The position numbers were made by a program, and so were the translations under genes. The notes under the pieces are model-generated. The model did no database searches, was not told where the DNA came from, and was given only the letters and a program-made list of their open reading frames with translations. A DNA stretch of 61,492 nucleotides, counting the filler, from Squatina squatina (lineage: Eukaryota): the NCBI GenBank assembly GCA_031763465.1. It is 4 parts of 4 records of this genome, joined end to end, with 100 filler letters (N's around TTAATTAATTAA, not from the genome) between each part and the next. Parts side by side here need not be neighbours in the genome. Positions count along the whole stretch, not along the records: positions 1 to 15,809 come from JARFOE010000222.1; positions 15,910 to 30,057 come from JARFOE010000176.1; 2 more parts are not named here. One strand, 5' to 3'. Below are positions 12,644 to 25,436 of this stretch, piece by piece (position 1 is the first letter of the stretch; every line of letters begins with the position of its first letter).

Positions 12644-14589
12644 NNNNNNNNNNNNNNNNNNNNNNNNNNNNNNNNNNNNNNNNNNNNNNNNNNNNNNNNN
12701 NNNNNNNNNNNNNNNNNNNNNNNNNNNNNNNNNNNNNNNNNNNAGATTTGAGAGAATGGGTTATATGGTGAACCCGATTCTGCATCAATGCCTTGTGTTG
12801 AAAGTCTTCAGGAACTGAGGATGCAAGCAGGGTTTAAAAAAAAACCCAAAATACTGCTTGCCAGGACCAGAAGACCAAAGAAATGTAGCGTGTTTAGTTT
12901 GTCTATAGTCCAACAATCTTTAAAAGGAGTTTAAACAAGTTCTACAATGAATCCACTCTTAGCTGCTTAAGTACATGTGGAGAGGAAATCTTCATTGAGC
13001 CGATGGTATAACAGCACACACAATGAACAACTTCACCATGGCTCCAACTAGGTACTAAGCTCAGCTGCAGGAATTACGAGGGACATTTGGAACGTCTCCT
13101 GAAAGCTGGGTTTTAGAAATCCCTGACTTCTCCTCATCCATCAGTGTGGTTACATTCTCTCAGAATTCAAATAAATAGTGGGCACAAACTGCCTTTCACA
13201 GACTGTTCAACTCTGCGTCTCGCAGAGCTGTGTTTACAATCAGCGCCTGTTAACCCAGTCTAAATGGACCTTTACAAATCTGCTTAAAGTGTTGATTTTA
13301 CGCTAAATTAAATTGACAAAAGTGTCTCAGTAATTTATGTAAGGGCCCCCCAGGTTCATACCCTGTGTACAATGCCAGGCTCAAACTCCAACTCCCCCGC
13401 CCACGAGGGCTCTGCGAGTGCGAGTTACACACAACACGCGACTCCTTCCTCTGGTTAAAAGAGAGAGAAGGCGCACAGTTTGAAGAGGTCCATCAATCCC
13501 GGGTTTACAGAGTGCAGGAGCCCCCCAGCCAGCACCCTGTACTGTAGCTCTGCACACTGCGAGCAGAGTGCCCAGTGACACGAAACTATAAAAACAGTCG
13601 GAAAAATCAAAACTACTCATTTGTAATCTAAATAAATGGATGAACTGCAGAATGCTAATCTGCACAGCGGCCAGTTAAGCACAGAGTCTTTGAGCTTCAC
13701 ATTCTCAATAATATCAGCAGCCTTACACTGAAAGCACTGAAGGGTAAGAGACACTAATCCCACTGTAATTGGATTGTGGTCAGGTATCTTTAAAACAAAC
13801 AGCAGCTGCTCAAACTCCNNNNNNNNNNNNNNNNNNNNNNNNNNNNNNNNNNNNNNNNNNNNNNNNNNNNNNNNNNNNNNNNNNNNNNNNNNNNNNNNNN
13901 NNNNNNNNNNNNNNNNNNTGCTCGAACACGGACCCTGTGTCAACTCCAGTGGCTCTCAAGTACAGGCAAGTTGATTCTGACTGGCATGCTTCATCCCTGA
14001 CTCCCATTGTTTGGGAAAGTTTAATTATAAAATTGTCAGTCAGTTTAATCTCTTCAAAGGAACTTTTTGTGCCTCTTCACAGCTAATCCAATTACATCTA
14101 TCCTGTGTTCTGCTGCCTGATCTAAAGATGATTTTCCAATCAAAAGCATTAGCTGCAGCACGCACAAATACAAAACATCCAGTAAAACCTGTAAAGCACA
14201 ATATAATTTTATGGATTAAAATATTAAAAGTTGAGATTTCATAGCCATCCAGTAATTTTTCAATTTTCTGGCAAATCTGAAGTGTACATGATGCACAGTT
14301 TACTGCTTGTGTATACAAGATGCTCCATGTACTCTGCACCTCACCCATCGCAACACACAAAGACCACAAAACTGAAGGACAAACGATGGAGATTATGCAG
14401 CTCACCCTCCTATGAAAACCTAGGATCTGCTCCTCCCCTCCTGTATCATAACACCGAACTGCATCTATATATTTGGGATTTACATTGCAATCATTGAAGA
14501 GCAACTCTGCACCAAACACTCACTTCCCAAACCAGTCAAAAAACTACAACCCAAATCATATGATAATAATGACTGAGCTCAAAAATATC

Positions 14590-14670
14590 GAGAGAGAGAC
14601 ACACATACACACCCAGAGAGAGCGCGAGAGGGAAAGACAGAGAGAAAGAGGGGGAGAGACAGAGAGAGAG
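14590..14670. repeat. (GA)n/(CA)n compound microsatellite
   Basis: gagagagacacacatacacacccagagagagcgcgagag...gagacagagagagag. Confidence 0.8.
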
Positions 14671-15243
14671 TGGCTATTGAGGCAGAGATTGTAACATCAG
14701 TTAAAGTGAGAAGTGACTGAAAGTGAAGACTATAAAAGGGCACGAGAAATGGGTTTACGGACAGTTGCTTCAGCACCAGTGCAGCTGTGATGGGACGAAT
14801 GACCTCCTTCAGTGCTATAATTTCTGGAATACATCTACAATAAAACATGCAACATCGAGAATCACTGACAAGTCACAGGACAGTGACAGACGAGGAGGGA
14901 CATTCAGTCCATCGTACTTTATCCCTCAGAAATTCCCCCCCTCCCCCCGCTCCCTCACTGGGCAATCAAAGTATCTACAATGCTTCCTGGGATGGTTGGA
15001 CCTGTTTAGTGTCAAGTTTACAGAAACTCCCAGGTTTCTTTCAGATTCACCCTCAGCGACCTCAACAACATTCAAGAAACATGCACATTGTCAACATTTC
15101 CTTCCTACATTTAGCACTCTACACTTTCTACATTGAATTCCATNNNNNNNNNNNNNNNNNNNNNNNNNNNNNNNNNNNNNNNNNNNNNNNNNNNNNNNNN
15201 NNNNNNNNNNNNNNNNNNNNNNNNNNNNNNNNNNNNNNNNNNN

Positions 15244-15527
15244 TGAGTGATTGTAAGATCACTAAGGATTTTACACTGCGGAGGATGCAGCCAAGGAAAG
15301 AAGGACGGAAACTGGTCCAGACCTACAATCAACATCGGTAACGTCTAGCCGTGTGGGTGATTGTAAGTTTCAGTCAAATCATAAAGGGGTTTGTACTGGG
15401 GTTTTGTTGGTTTAATAAACTAACTAGTTTTGGTTGAGCCAAGACCTGTTTGCCGTGTATATTTTGTTCCTGTAATTCCCGAGTCAAAGAATCAGTGTAA
15501 GGCATGAAAGGAACGGAACACCTTACA
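15244..15527 (+). mobile_element. Possible LTR 3' portion
   Basis: Begins at a gap, contains aataaa followed by GT-rich sequence and ends ...ccttaca. Only a general LTR-like appearance. Confidence 0.3.
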
Positions 15528-15809
15528 CACCTATCCTAATATCTCCTTATGTGTCTCAGTGTCAAATTCTGTTTGATAACGCTCCTGTGAAGTGCCTTGG
15601 AATGTTTTACTATGTTAATAACGCTATATAGTGCAAGTTGTTGTTGTTGAGAAATCAATCGAGGGTCTTATGTCCAAAATATAACCTGTCTTTCTCTTTC
15701 AGATGCTGCTTGACCTTATGTGCCTTTCTAGCATGTGCTGCTTTTATTTGAAGAGTCAATAATTCTTGGTGACAAAGGAGAACAGAAATTGTGTGATGCA
15801 GATATTTAT

Positions 15810-15909
15810 NNNNNNNNNNNNNNNNNNNNNNNNNNNNNNNNNNNNNNNNNNNNTTAATTAATTAANNNNNNNNNNNNNNNNNNNNNNNNNNNNNNNNNNN
15901 NNNNNNNNN
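15810..15909. other. Artificial scaffold spacer N44-TTAATTAATTAA-N44
   Basis: 12-mer at 15854-15865 has stops in all six frames and is flanked by exactly 44 N on each side. Confidence 0.97.
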
Positions 15910-16039
15910 CTATGATGTATGTATGCTGTTTGAGATGAGGCCTGGTTGTAGGTTGCCCATAGGGGTTGAATGGTGATCTGGATCAGCTTTTTTTTCTTCA
16001 ACCTCCACCACCAATGTGATATTAAACTTTTCCAAATGT

Positions 16040-16205
16040 GGTGTTCTTGTGGTTCAGGTGGACTTCAAGGTCCCATGGCACTAAGAACAGCATGCAGTTA
16101 TCCTGGAGTCCTGGCCATCATTTCACCCTCAACCAAAACCACCAAAAAGAAAACCAGATTAACTGATCATTTACTGTATCACATTTGTGGAACCTTGTGC
16201 ACAAT
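16040..16205 (+). mobile_element. DeuSINE-type (SacSINE1/AmnSINE1-like) core fragment
   Basis: caggtggac...gtcccatggcact...gtcctggcca...ccctcaaccaaaaccacc...cagattaactgatcattt matches the recalled Deu domain. Confidence 0.65.
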
Positions 16206-16494
16206 AGTAGCAGGCTCACCACTGCCTGCTTAAGGATAACTGAGATGGGCAATAAATGCTGGCCTTGCTAGTGATGCCCATGTTGCCAAGAATTAATTTA
16301 TTTAAAAAAAAAAACACCATGTGCCTACTTACAATTACTTTGAAATGTGGTAATTTAAGTGTGTGGATTGTTTTGAGACTGATAACTTGCATTTAATGAA
16401 GTGCCTTTTTGCTTTTATAGTGAATTCTCTAAAAGCACAGTCTCTGATGTTTTAAATAATTCTGCACTAAATGTCTCATTCTTTTTCTTTTAAG

Positions 16495-16664
16495 AACTGA
16501 TACCCATGTTAAGTTTTCAAGAGGCTGTGATTGCCAGCATTCAAGATAATCTGGCATATGAATGGATAACAAAGTGGGTGCTGCGCTATTCAGTAATTGT
16601 TAAAAGCAGAGGAATTATTAAATCAAAGGGCTACCTTGTATATGCTAAAAGAATTCATTATTAG
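16495..16664 (+). CDS. GCLM: Last coding exon of glutamate-cysteine ligase modifier subunit (not in ORF track)
   Basis: ctttttcttttaag|AACTG...TATTAG. Encodes (E)LIPMLSFQEAVIASIQDNLAYEWITKWVLRYSVIVKSRGIIKSKGYLVYAKRIHY*; LRYSVIVKSRGIIKSKGY is the recalled GCLM C-terminus. Confidence 0.93.
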
Positions 16665-19600
16665 GATCATCTTTGACGAGAAGCCAGCTGATTGGAATAG
16701 CACTTTTATGAACCAGTTTATGCATGATATACAAAGGAAGAAATCCTAGAAGCTGCACTATTNNNNNNNNNNNNNNNNNNNNNNNNNNNNNNNNNNNNNN
16801 NNNNNNNNNNNNNNNNNNNNNNNNNNNNNNNNNNNNNNNNNNNNNNNNNNNNNNNNNNNNNNCACATTACATCTAGATGGGGTGTAAACAGGGGAGAAAC
16901 AACAGAAGCAGCCATGAGGGAAACAGAAAATAGATTTAAGTTAAAAAGATGAAAAGAAAAATAAATTCTGAAGTGGGAGGGGGAGGAGGGATTCCCAACG
17001 TCTCCTCTCGAAAATATTGTGTTGTCATTGTTTGTATCCGTCTTCAAACATTTGTGTCATTTTACTTTTTTTCCTTCCAACATGAATGAAGAAATGATGC
17101 AGCTTAAATTAGACATTCGTATCCCACTGCACTTGCAGAGTCTTTACTTGCTTTCACATCTGATAGGATTATATTCAGAACCATTTCTCAATTGTCAGCT
17201 TTTATTGGGGGGTGGGAGGATTTTTGAAGTTGTTGGCTGGCTTTTGCTAGTTTTCTCAATTTCCAGGTGTAATAAATATTTATAAGCTAAGTAAAGCACT
17301 GAAGCTTTTAGAATATTTTTCCAAATCAGCTTTTATTTAATTTTTCTTTTTCTTTTAAATACTTTTGGTTTAAAGATGTGGAAAATGTATTTACTTTTTG
17401 TAGTTCATGTATTTTTTGGGAACAAGACATGGGTACTTGTTCAAAGACAAATAAAAGAAAACCTTCAGACAGGTGCAGATTTGTGGTCCACAGCTTACCT
17501 GGACTAGTGTCAGGCCGAACCCTTGACAAATTAAAAATGAGCTGTTGGCAAATGTCTAAGTCATTGCTATTTGTGCAGCTGAACATTTTCCATTTCCAAG
17601 TAGTTTCCATTGAACTAATTTTCCAAGTGCTGAACCTGTGCTACTGTGTCTAGCAGATTATGGAATTTTGGGTTATGGCGTACATTGCAGTAATGTTTTA
17701 GAAAATAACTTTTTGATCTTGTTTTTGAAGGTTTGCTGTTGTTGTGTATCAAGAAAACCTTGCTGACGTAGTTATTTGTGATGGAGTGGAACATTTTAAA
17801 CTCCCTCCCACATGCCTATCTCAAATTCTCCACTGTCTTCAGATCAGCTAAGAGAAGGATGTGTTCAAATTCCAGTGGCATGTAGAGGATAGACAACTGG
17901 AGTCTGCTGCTTGCAGAAAAATGCCACCAAATAACATCAGGCCAGACTCGCTGGTGGTTTATTTTCTGCAAATGACTGACTCCTCTTGTGTATTTTATTA
18001 ATGCCATATAGATTATTCATTTTTAGTAGTTTAACTTCAAAAAAGGAATTAAGACAACATAATTGTGTTATTATGTGGGAACGTGCCGTCATTGAAAATT
18101 GTTGCATTNNNNNNNNNNNNNNNNNNNNNNNNNNNNNNNNNNNNNNNNNNNNNNNNNNNNNNNNNNNNNNNNNNNNNNNNNNNNNNNNNNNNNNNNNNNN
18201 NNNNNNNNNNNNNNNNNNNNNNNNNNNNNNNNNNNNNNNNNNNNNNNNNNNNNNNNNNNNGGGGATTCACTCGGGGCTCCTTGTATCGGGTAAAGTACAG
18301 TGCAGCAGTCCACTTTTATAATCGGTGGGGTGGGTGACGGTTTAAATACTGCCATCTTTCTGTATGCATGAGTGCATCATGTGAGCCACTGTGATTTGGG
18401 GGCAGGGGCTTTTGAAGAAAAAGCCACATTCAAAAATAATTAAACCACAGAGTGATATTCAATCTACACGTTCATCTATTTGCTGCTCTTGAAGAAAATC
18501 TTGACCATAAATCATGGGGATGCCAGTCTGGAGCATTATCCTTAACAAAAGTTGATTGAAATTGTAATGTGGGGCCACTTTTGGCCATAACTTATGATTT
18601 TTTTAAAACTGTATCAACTTTCTGCTTAACATGTTTAGGCTGAAGTACTTTACAAGCTTGAATGTACAGTAGTTCGAATGAAATAGTACATATTTGGAAA
18701 TAGTGAATCTATGATAAAATGTTATATTTTGTTTACTTTGCTATGTATTGCATTTGATGTGATTTGCACATTAAAAGTGTGATCTAAATGCCTCAGTTTG
18801 TTTATTCCACATATGTTTGTCTTTGCATTAAGTTCAGAAACTAAGACTTTTTAAAAAAGAATCCATATGTACCAGCTGCTCTTCAGTGTTGCTCGCGTTG
18901 AGTCGGAGGACACGCTGTTTATAATAGGGGTATTCTTAGTGTGACGGGTAGTGCGAACAGCAAGTGGAGTTGACACTTGTGGGATGTGCGGACTATACAG
19001 TGGGCTTTTAATAGATGTATAAATAATAATTGACATCATCTGTACTTGAGCCTGCTGAGAATTACACTCCTGATATGATAGTCTTTCAAAAATCTATTGC
19101 ATGGAACACCAATTGGCAGTCCTGCAGAGTACTCTGTGCAGGTGCAAGGCTTCTCAGTGGATGAGAATGTGAAAAACAAATTGCCTTTCCCCAGTTCTTC
19201 ATAGGTGAAGATCTGTACACAGTTGATGGCTGACATGTATGGAGAGCAAATTGAAGTTCAGATATTCTGTAGTACAAAGCTCTTCTACTTGGAAGCTTCA
19301 TGGAATAGAACTGCTGAGGAATGGTGTTTAAAATTATAAAAGGATGTTTCCTCACATTTGACTTGGTAAATCCATTGAGAGGTGACTTTATAGAAATATA
19401 CAAAATACTAAATAATATAGATAGGTAAATAAAGAGCACAACTTCAAAGTATGTACAAGATTCTTGATCAAGGAGCATAGATTAAAACTTGTAAAATATT
19501 TTTTTAGGCAGATGTCAGGAAGAACCTCTGATTAATATTGGAAATGCTTGTCCAGCTGATTAGCAAGACCAAAATCTTGGATTCATTCAAGCAACAAAGA

Positions 19601-20732
19601 TGTGATTGGGAGAATATTTTTTAAATTCTAGATTGATGAACTAAGATGGACTTTCCTCATAAGTAACAATCAGGCAAACAATTTTTTTTCCTGGTAATTT
19701 TCTCCCAGCTTTCTCTCCTGGAGGAACTGATTCCTGGTTGGGGGGATGGATGACTGGTTCCTTCTGGTATCTCCCCTGAGTTCAGTGGTCAAGTTGTCTG
19801 CTGTATTTACCTACAGATAAGCGGCACTTAACAAAATTAGTTACTTTCTGCAGTTCTTTAAGTAATGTGAAATATGTGACTCATAGCTCAATCTTATTGC
19901 CAGTTATTTGGGGATATGACCTGTAAACCCTTGTTCCAAATGATGGATTTATACTTTTTTCCTCTACACTATAAATAGTGCACTGCTTTATTAATATTGT
20001 AATTATAATCTTGTGTTGATAAACTGATTTTCAAATACTGTTAGAAGCTGTAGCTGTAACCAAGTCTCGCACTCTTGTGGTTCATGTTTGACATTTTGGC
20101 TCCAAGGTTTTGTTACAATTGGGCACTCCTGTCATTTATCTCTTATAAACTAGTTTATTAATTCATGACAACATAAATAAACTTCCTTCATTACATTTTA
20201 GCAGACTGCAGACCAAACCATTTCCCAGCCTGATTCATTGGTTGCGCTGAATTAAAATTCTCTTCAAATCCTTCTGCGTCATTGTCCTGCTCGGTCTCTG
20301 AACCACTTCCAGTCTTCTATCTCCTTCCAGTACACTTCAGGCCTTTTGAGTATCCTGTCCTACCTTGCCCTACAATTTGTGGTAGATTCTTCAGCTGCTT
20401 CAGCTTTATTTACAACTCCACTTTTAAAAGACTTCTCAAACTGTCTTTTGATCAAGCTTTTGGTTAAAACACTCAGCATCATTTGGCCGTCGTTCTTTTT
20501 TTCTTACTCACCTGCCCCTGCACTGCTGCTTGGAAAGTCCTGTGTATTAAAGCTACTTTTAGAAATGTACGCTGTTGCAGTTGTCGTGTTTTGTGTTNNN
20601 NNNNNNNNNNNNNNNNNNNNNNNNNNNNNNNNNNNNNNNNNNNNNNNNNNNNNNNNNNNNNNNNNNNNNNNNNNNNNNNNNNNNNNNNNNNNNNNNNTGC
20701 TTAATCATTATTTTGAACTGCTGCATATTTAG

Positions 20733-20897
20733 GAAGAGCGTGAAAAGACAACGGGAGATGGTTGGTACAACATGAAAGCTCCTGATCTAACAGATGAGTT
20801 GAAGAATGATCTGCGGGCACTGAAAATGAGGGCTGCTATCAACCCCAAGCGCTTCTACAAGAAGAATGACCGAGACGGCTTCCCTAAGTATTTCCAG
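20733..20897 (+). CDS. DNTTIP2: DNTTIP2 (Fcf2 domain) internal exon (correct frame not in ORF track)
   Basis: atatttag|GAAGAG...TTCCAG|gtatgt; 165 bp. Encodes EEREKTTGDGWYNMKAPDLTDELKNDLRALKMRAAINPKRFYKKNDRDGFPKYFQ. Confidence 0.94.
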
Positions 20898-21125
20898 GTA
20901 TGTGGTAACAGATGAGCTGTGCTGTATAACATGATCGGTTTGGGGCTTTTAGCTTTATTCAATGCAGCCAGGTTGTAATATACAGCAGTAAATAAAATTG
21001 TTCTTGCAAGTATATAAAGCTGCTCTGACTTCTAAAACATTGGGGCAGGCGTTGTGGGAACTCCTTAACGACTTTACAACATTCTGGTATCGATCTACCC
21101 ATCCTCGCTGTTTGAGAAGACACTA

Positions 21126-21224
21126 TAGAAACATAGAAAATAGGTTTAGGAGTAGGCCCTTCGGCCCTTCAGGCCTGCACCTGCATACAACATTATCATG
21201 GCTGATCATTCAACTCAGTACCCC
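21126..21224 (-). mobile_element. CR1/SINE 3' tail next to a gap
   Basis: atagaaacatagaaaatagg...ggagtaggcccttcggccc...atcatggctgatc. Confidence 0.75.
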
Positions 21225-21913
21225 NNNNNNNNNNNNNNNNNNNNNNNNNNNNNNNNNNNNNNNNNNNNNNNNNNNNNNNNNNNNNNNNNNNNNNNNNNNN
21301 NNNNNNNNNNNNNNNNNNNNNNNNGGAGCACTGCTGCTATCTATGGAACTGCACCCCAGCAGCACTTAGCAGAGCGGGTGATGGGTGGGGAGGCGGTCGG
21401 GTGGTGGGGCACAACATCACAGGAAAATTGCACTCACCAAAATATGCAGCGCTCTGACATATTTTTTTAAAAAACACAAGCTAGAATTTATACATTTATT
21501 TAGCATCCCATCCCAATAAAAGAACTCCACCTAATGTCTGACTGCTGTAACAATATGAAGCGTACGATTAACACAGGACACTTCAAAAACAGGATAGCAG
21601 AAAACAGTGCCAGAAAAACAGCAGGGGTCCGAGCAGCTGCTTGGATGGAGTTAGAATACGAACAGGATACAAAACAAGCGGAAAAAAATATACTGTTTGG
21701 CATTGCAGAAGCTGTTTGGAAAATGCACGGCTGTCACACAATACGGTCAACTGATTCCGAAGCAGCGGTCCCATCTCTCCAAAACGGAATACGCACCCTC
21801 CCGACAGGCCGAATCTACCCACTCGAGGCGATTAAATGCACTAAAGAGCAAGTTGGAACCAAGTGCCCATCATTTACATACAAGTTTTAATTTCCAATCA
21901 CTATTTTCCCCCC

Positions 21914-21985
21914 ACTCCTGTGAAGCGCCCTGGGACGTTTTACTACGTTAAAGGCGCTATACGAATGCAAGTTGTTACTGTTGTA
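21914..21985 (+). mobile_element. L2/DeuSINE-shared 3' tail
   Basis: ctcctgtgaagcgccctgggacgttttactacgttaaaggcgctatacgaatgcaagttgtt; similar copies at 15580-15650, 20540-20585 and 57755-57810 (minus). Confidence 0.7.
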
Positions 21986-24793
21986 GCATTCTTTTATGCT
22001 TTGCATGCCAGCAATTGCTTTGTAACTTGCATGATTGAGATAACTCATGTACTGTCACTAAAATCAGCGGATTTGTGCCTGAACTGAAGCGTCACAAATC
22101 CGCTGGGGTTTTTGGTTGAAACCCCGACATCTATTCCTGTGTGTTACCTGGCTCTGGGATTTCCCTTCTCACTGAGGAAGGTTTGGGGGGTGATGAGCAT
22201 GGCTGTGAAAGTAGGATAGAAACGTAAACTTCTGTTGACACGGCGGGCTGAGCCTGAAAGGAACAGGAGTGGACTTGTTCAGACCAGGCACTGGAGGATC
22301 TTGAATTCTGTCAGAGCTGAAACGAGATAAGTTGTGTGATTATACACAGCGTAGGTCATGTGTGTTCCAATTTGGCAATTCAGTTGTAGCTATGGGGTTT
22401 AAATCTGTGGTACTGAGGTCAGTGAGGACATCAGTAAAAAGCAGAAGAAAGCTTGGGAAATCCCAATTTTTCACAAGACCTNNNNNNNNNNNNNNNNNNN
22501 NNNNNNNNNNNNNNNNNNNNNNNNNNNNNNNNNNNNNNNNNNNNNNNNNNNNNNNNNNNNNNNNNNNNNNNNNNNNNNNNNATTTTGGAAGATAACCAGC
22601 AATGCATCTACTATTTCTAGGGCCACTTCCTTGATGTCAGATGTCCCTATAGTATCCAAAATGTGCCTGAAATGTTATGTGTTTATACCATGGAAAGTAA
22701 GTAGAAATGAAATCTTAAAGTTATAAAAGTAACACTGAGGTATGAGAGCAGAGTGGAAAGCAAAGCTAGAAGATGAGACAATGTTGTGAGATTATATAAT
22801 GGGTTGAACCATCAACCTCTGGTAGAAATGCTCTTGTCCACTTCATAAATAATTCTTCAGTGCTTTGATGTGTAATCTGGCAGAGAGCCCCGGGCTCAGC
22901 CTGCTGTGCATACATAGCTCAGTTGTGTGAAAAACACTGGATTCAGTGTGTGTGTGTGGAGTTCCATTTTTTAAAAAAACCCTCAGCATTTATTGGAGGT
23001 AGGTAGAGATTGGTTCTCAAGTTAGCTGTTGTTGAAAGTTCCTGTTAACTTTGTGTCCCACAGTGTCTTTGCCCATGAAGAACCCGTTTGTTTTCTCTTT
23101 CGACAGTTCAGTAAAGCCACACTGTGCATGAGCTGTGAGCTGTTGAGAGATGATGGCTTAAAGGTTGCTGCTTTTAAGGTGTAAATGTTTAAATTTTGCT
23201 TGAAATNNNNNNNNNNNNNNNNNNNNNNNNNNNNNNNNNNNNNNNNNNNNNNNNNNNNNNNNNNNNNNNNNNNNNNNNNNNNNNNNNNNNNNNNNNNNNN
23301 NNNNNNNNNNNNNNNNNNNNNNNNNNNNNNNNNNNNNNNNNNNNNNNNNNNNNNNNNNNNNNNNNNNNNNNNNNNNNNNNNNNNNNNNNNNNNNNNNNNN
23401 NNNNNNNNNNNNNNNNNNNNNNNNNNNNNNNNNNNNNNNNNNNNNNNNNNNNNNNNNNNNNNNNNNNNNNNNNNNNNNNNNNNNNNNNNNNNNNNNNNNN
23501 NNNNNNNNNNNNNNNNNNNNNNNNNNNNNNNNNNNNNNNNNNNNNNNNNNNNNNNNNNNNNNNNNNNNNNNNNNNNNNNNNNNNNNNNNNNNNNNNNNNN
23601 NNNNNNNNNNNNNNNNNNNNNNNNNNNNNNNNNNNNNNNNNNNNNNNNNNNNNNNNNNNNNNNNNNNNNNNNNNNNNNNNNNNNNNNNNNNNNNNNNNNN
23701 NNNNNNNNNNNNNNNNNNNNNNNNNNNNNNNNNNNNNNNNNNNNNNNNNNNNNNNNNNNNNNNNNNNNNNNNNNNNNNNNNNNNNNNNNNNNNNNNNNNN
23801 NNNNNNNNNNNNNNNNNNNNNNNNNNNNNNNNNNNNNGAAGCGTACTAGGACATCCTGAGTCTTTGAGGTTTAATACATAAATGTAAGTTGCTATGTTTC
23901 TTTCTTTGCAGTTTTTAACAAGCCTTTTTGGGTGAGCCAGATGTTGGGAGACTTTTTTTTTCTCCGGTTAAGTATGAAAAGGCAGCAGTGTAGGTTGCAG
24001 TGTGACACTATCGAAAACAGTGTGTTCTCCTCAGCATTGTTCTGTGCCGAATGAATTGCCTTTTTGTAACGGTTCTTTGTGTGGGTTAAAGTGCCCTCGA
24101 GTCTGAAGTTTGTCGTGAGCTCATAAAATGGTGGCAATTTGTCTGCCAGTTTTAACTAAGTGTATCAGGGGGTTTGCTTTAAAGTTGTGGTGGAGGTTTG
24201 GTCCATTTCCCAGCTGTAATGATAGAAATCTGTTCCAGAACTTTAAATTTAAAAAAAAACAAGTGTTTATCCTATCATGCTGTTGTTTATGTCGGTAAAT
24301 TAGATGCAAATTTAGTGTAGATCAAATGTGAACCGAGTGTTGTAAACCACAAGTCTGTCATTTTAAATGTTTTATTTTAAAACTTGCTGTATTGTTGGAA
24401 AGATACAGGTAGTTGGATAANNNNNNNNNNNNNNNNNNNNNNNNNNNNNNNNNNNNNNNNNNNNNNNNNNNNNNNNNNNNNNNNNNNNNNNNNNNNNNNN
24501 NNNNNNNNNNNNNNNNNNNNCCATAATATATAGAGATATATATATATTATTTCATTCTACGAAGCCATTGTATTGGATTGCATGGTGCTTGTGGGAGGTG
24601 TGCATATCCAGGGTAAAAGATACTTTCATTTAATTGTTTTTTAAAAATGCTGCCAGACAAAACCTGAATTTGCAGATGTACTGTGAGGTGAAATCATTTT
24701 TTGTTCATTCGCCAGCTGTACGAGCTCCTTATGTTTTCTTATAAATCATTCTGATACTCCAGTAAGCATCACCAACTCTTCTTTTACCTACAG

Positions 24794-24833
24794 GGACAAG
24801 CACATTATGGACTATGCCCTTGAATATGTCAAG
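24794..24833 (+). CDS. BCAR3: BCAR3 40-bp exon upstream of the SH2 domain (not in ORF track)
   Basis: cttttacctacag|GGACAAG...GTCAAG|gtacgt. Encodes DKHIMDYALEYVK, versus recalled human DPHLLDPTVEYVK, in the correct order before the SH2 exon. Confidence 0.72.
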
Positions 24834-25384
24834 GTACGTAACCTGTTTCCAAATATCGTATATACAATGATGAGATTTACTATAGGTGTGAGTGACTTCC
24901 TACTCTGCGTTAGAGTTGATTGGTGGCTGGCATAACTTGCCTTGTTGAGCCCGTTAGACAGCGCAATAATGTTACAGTTCTATCTCTCTAGGAGTTTAAT
25001 TCCCATCGGGTGGGACAGTGGCCAAAGCATTCCTCTTAGGGTTAGTGACTGCCTTAAACAGGACACATAGCAACTTTCATGGCCACGTTAGCCAATACAG
25101 CTTTTGAGTGTAGTCGGAGCACTGCACACTTAAAATGTCTGGCCTGTCTTAATATTATTTCTCGCTCTAAGCAGTTTCCGAGAGCTGATCAAGTATTCAG
25201 CTGCTCTGGCAGTTTGACACTCTGCACTACCTCGGTTAATCTGAGAAAGTATAAACCCATAAATTGGAATGAGCTGAAAAGCAGGATCAGGGTTCAAGAC
25301 ATTATGGACTTAAACCTACAGAAAGATAATAAGCATTTCTCTGACCGTAACGTGAAAAGCATTTTAATTAAATCATTCTCGACA

Positions 25385-25436
25385 CTTGAACTGTGACATT
25401 TTAAAAACCCTTGATCTGTGACATTTTAAAAACCCT
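25385..25436. repeat. 25-bp tandem duplication
   Basis: cttgaactgtgacattttaaaaacc / cttgatctgtgacattttaaaaacc. Confidence 0.85.

Noticed and set aside
11915-13500. Exon-like minus-strand stretches near 11940-12040 and 13361-13451
   Set aside because: Splice-like signals are present but no translation could be recognised.
14040-15136. 159-aa and 137-aa ORFs
   Set aside because: No recognisable domain, non-ATG starts and no convincing exon boundaries.
15655-15750. Hammerhead ribozyme in the Penelope-like repeat terminus
   Set aside because: The CUGANGA and GAAA core is not intact in this copy, and the other copies stop before that position.
15854-15865. TTAATTAATTAA as a biological palindrome or recombination site
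   Set aside because: It is always centred in exactly 44+44 N, so it is an assembly linker.
21534-21890. 118-aa ORF
   Set aside because: No recognisable motif or splice structure; ORFs of this length arise by chance.
23185-23859. Long ORFs such as the 224-aa one here and those at 31304, 32741, 50569 and 51837
   Set aside because: They consist almost entirely of N translated as X.
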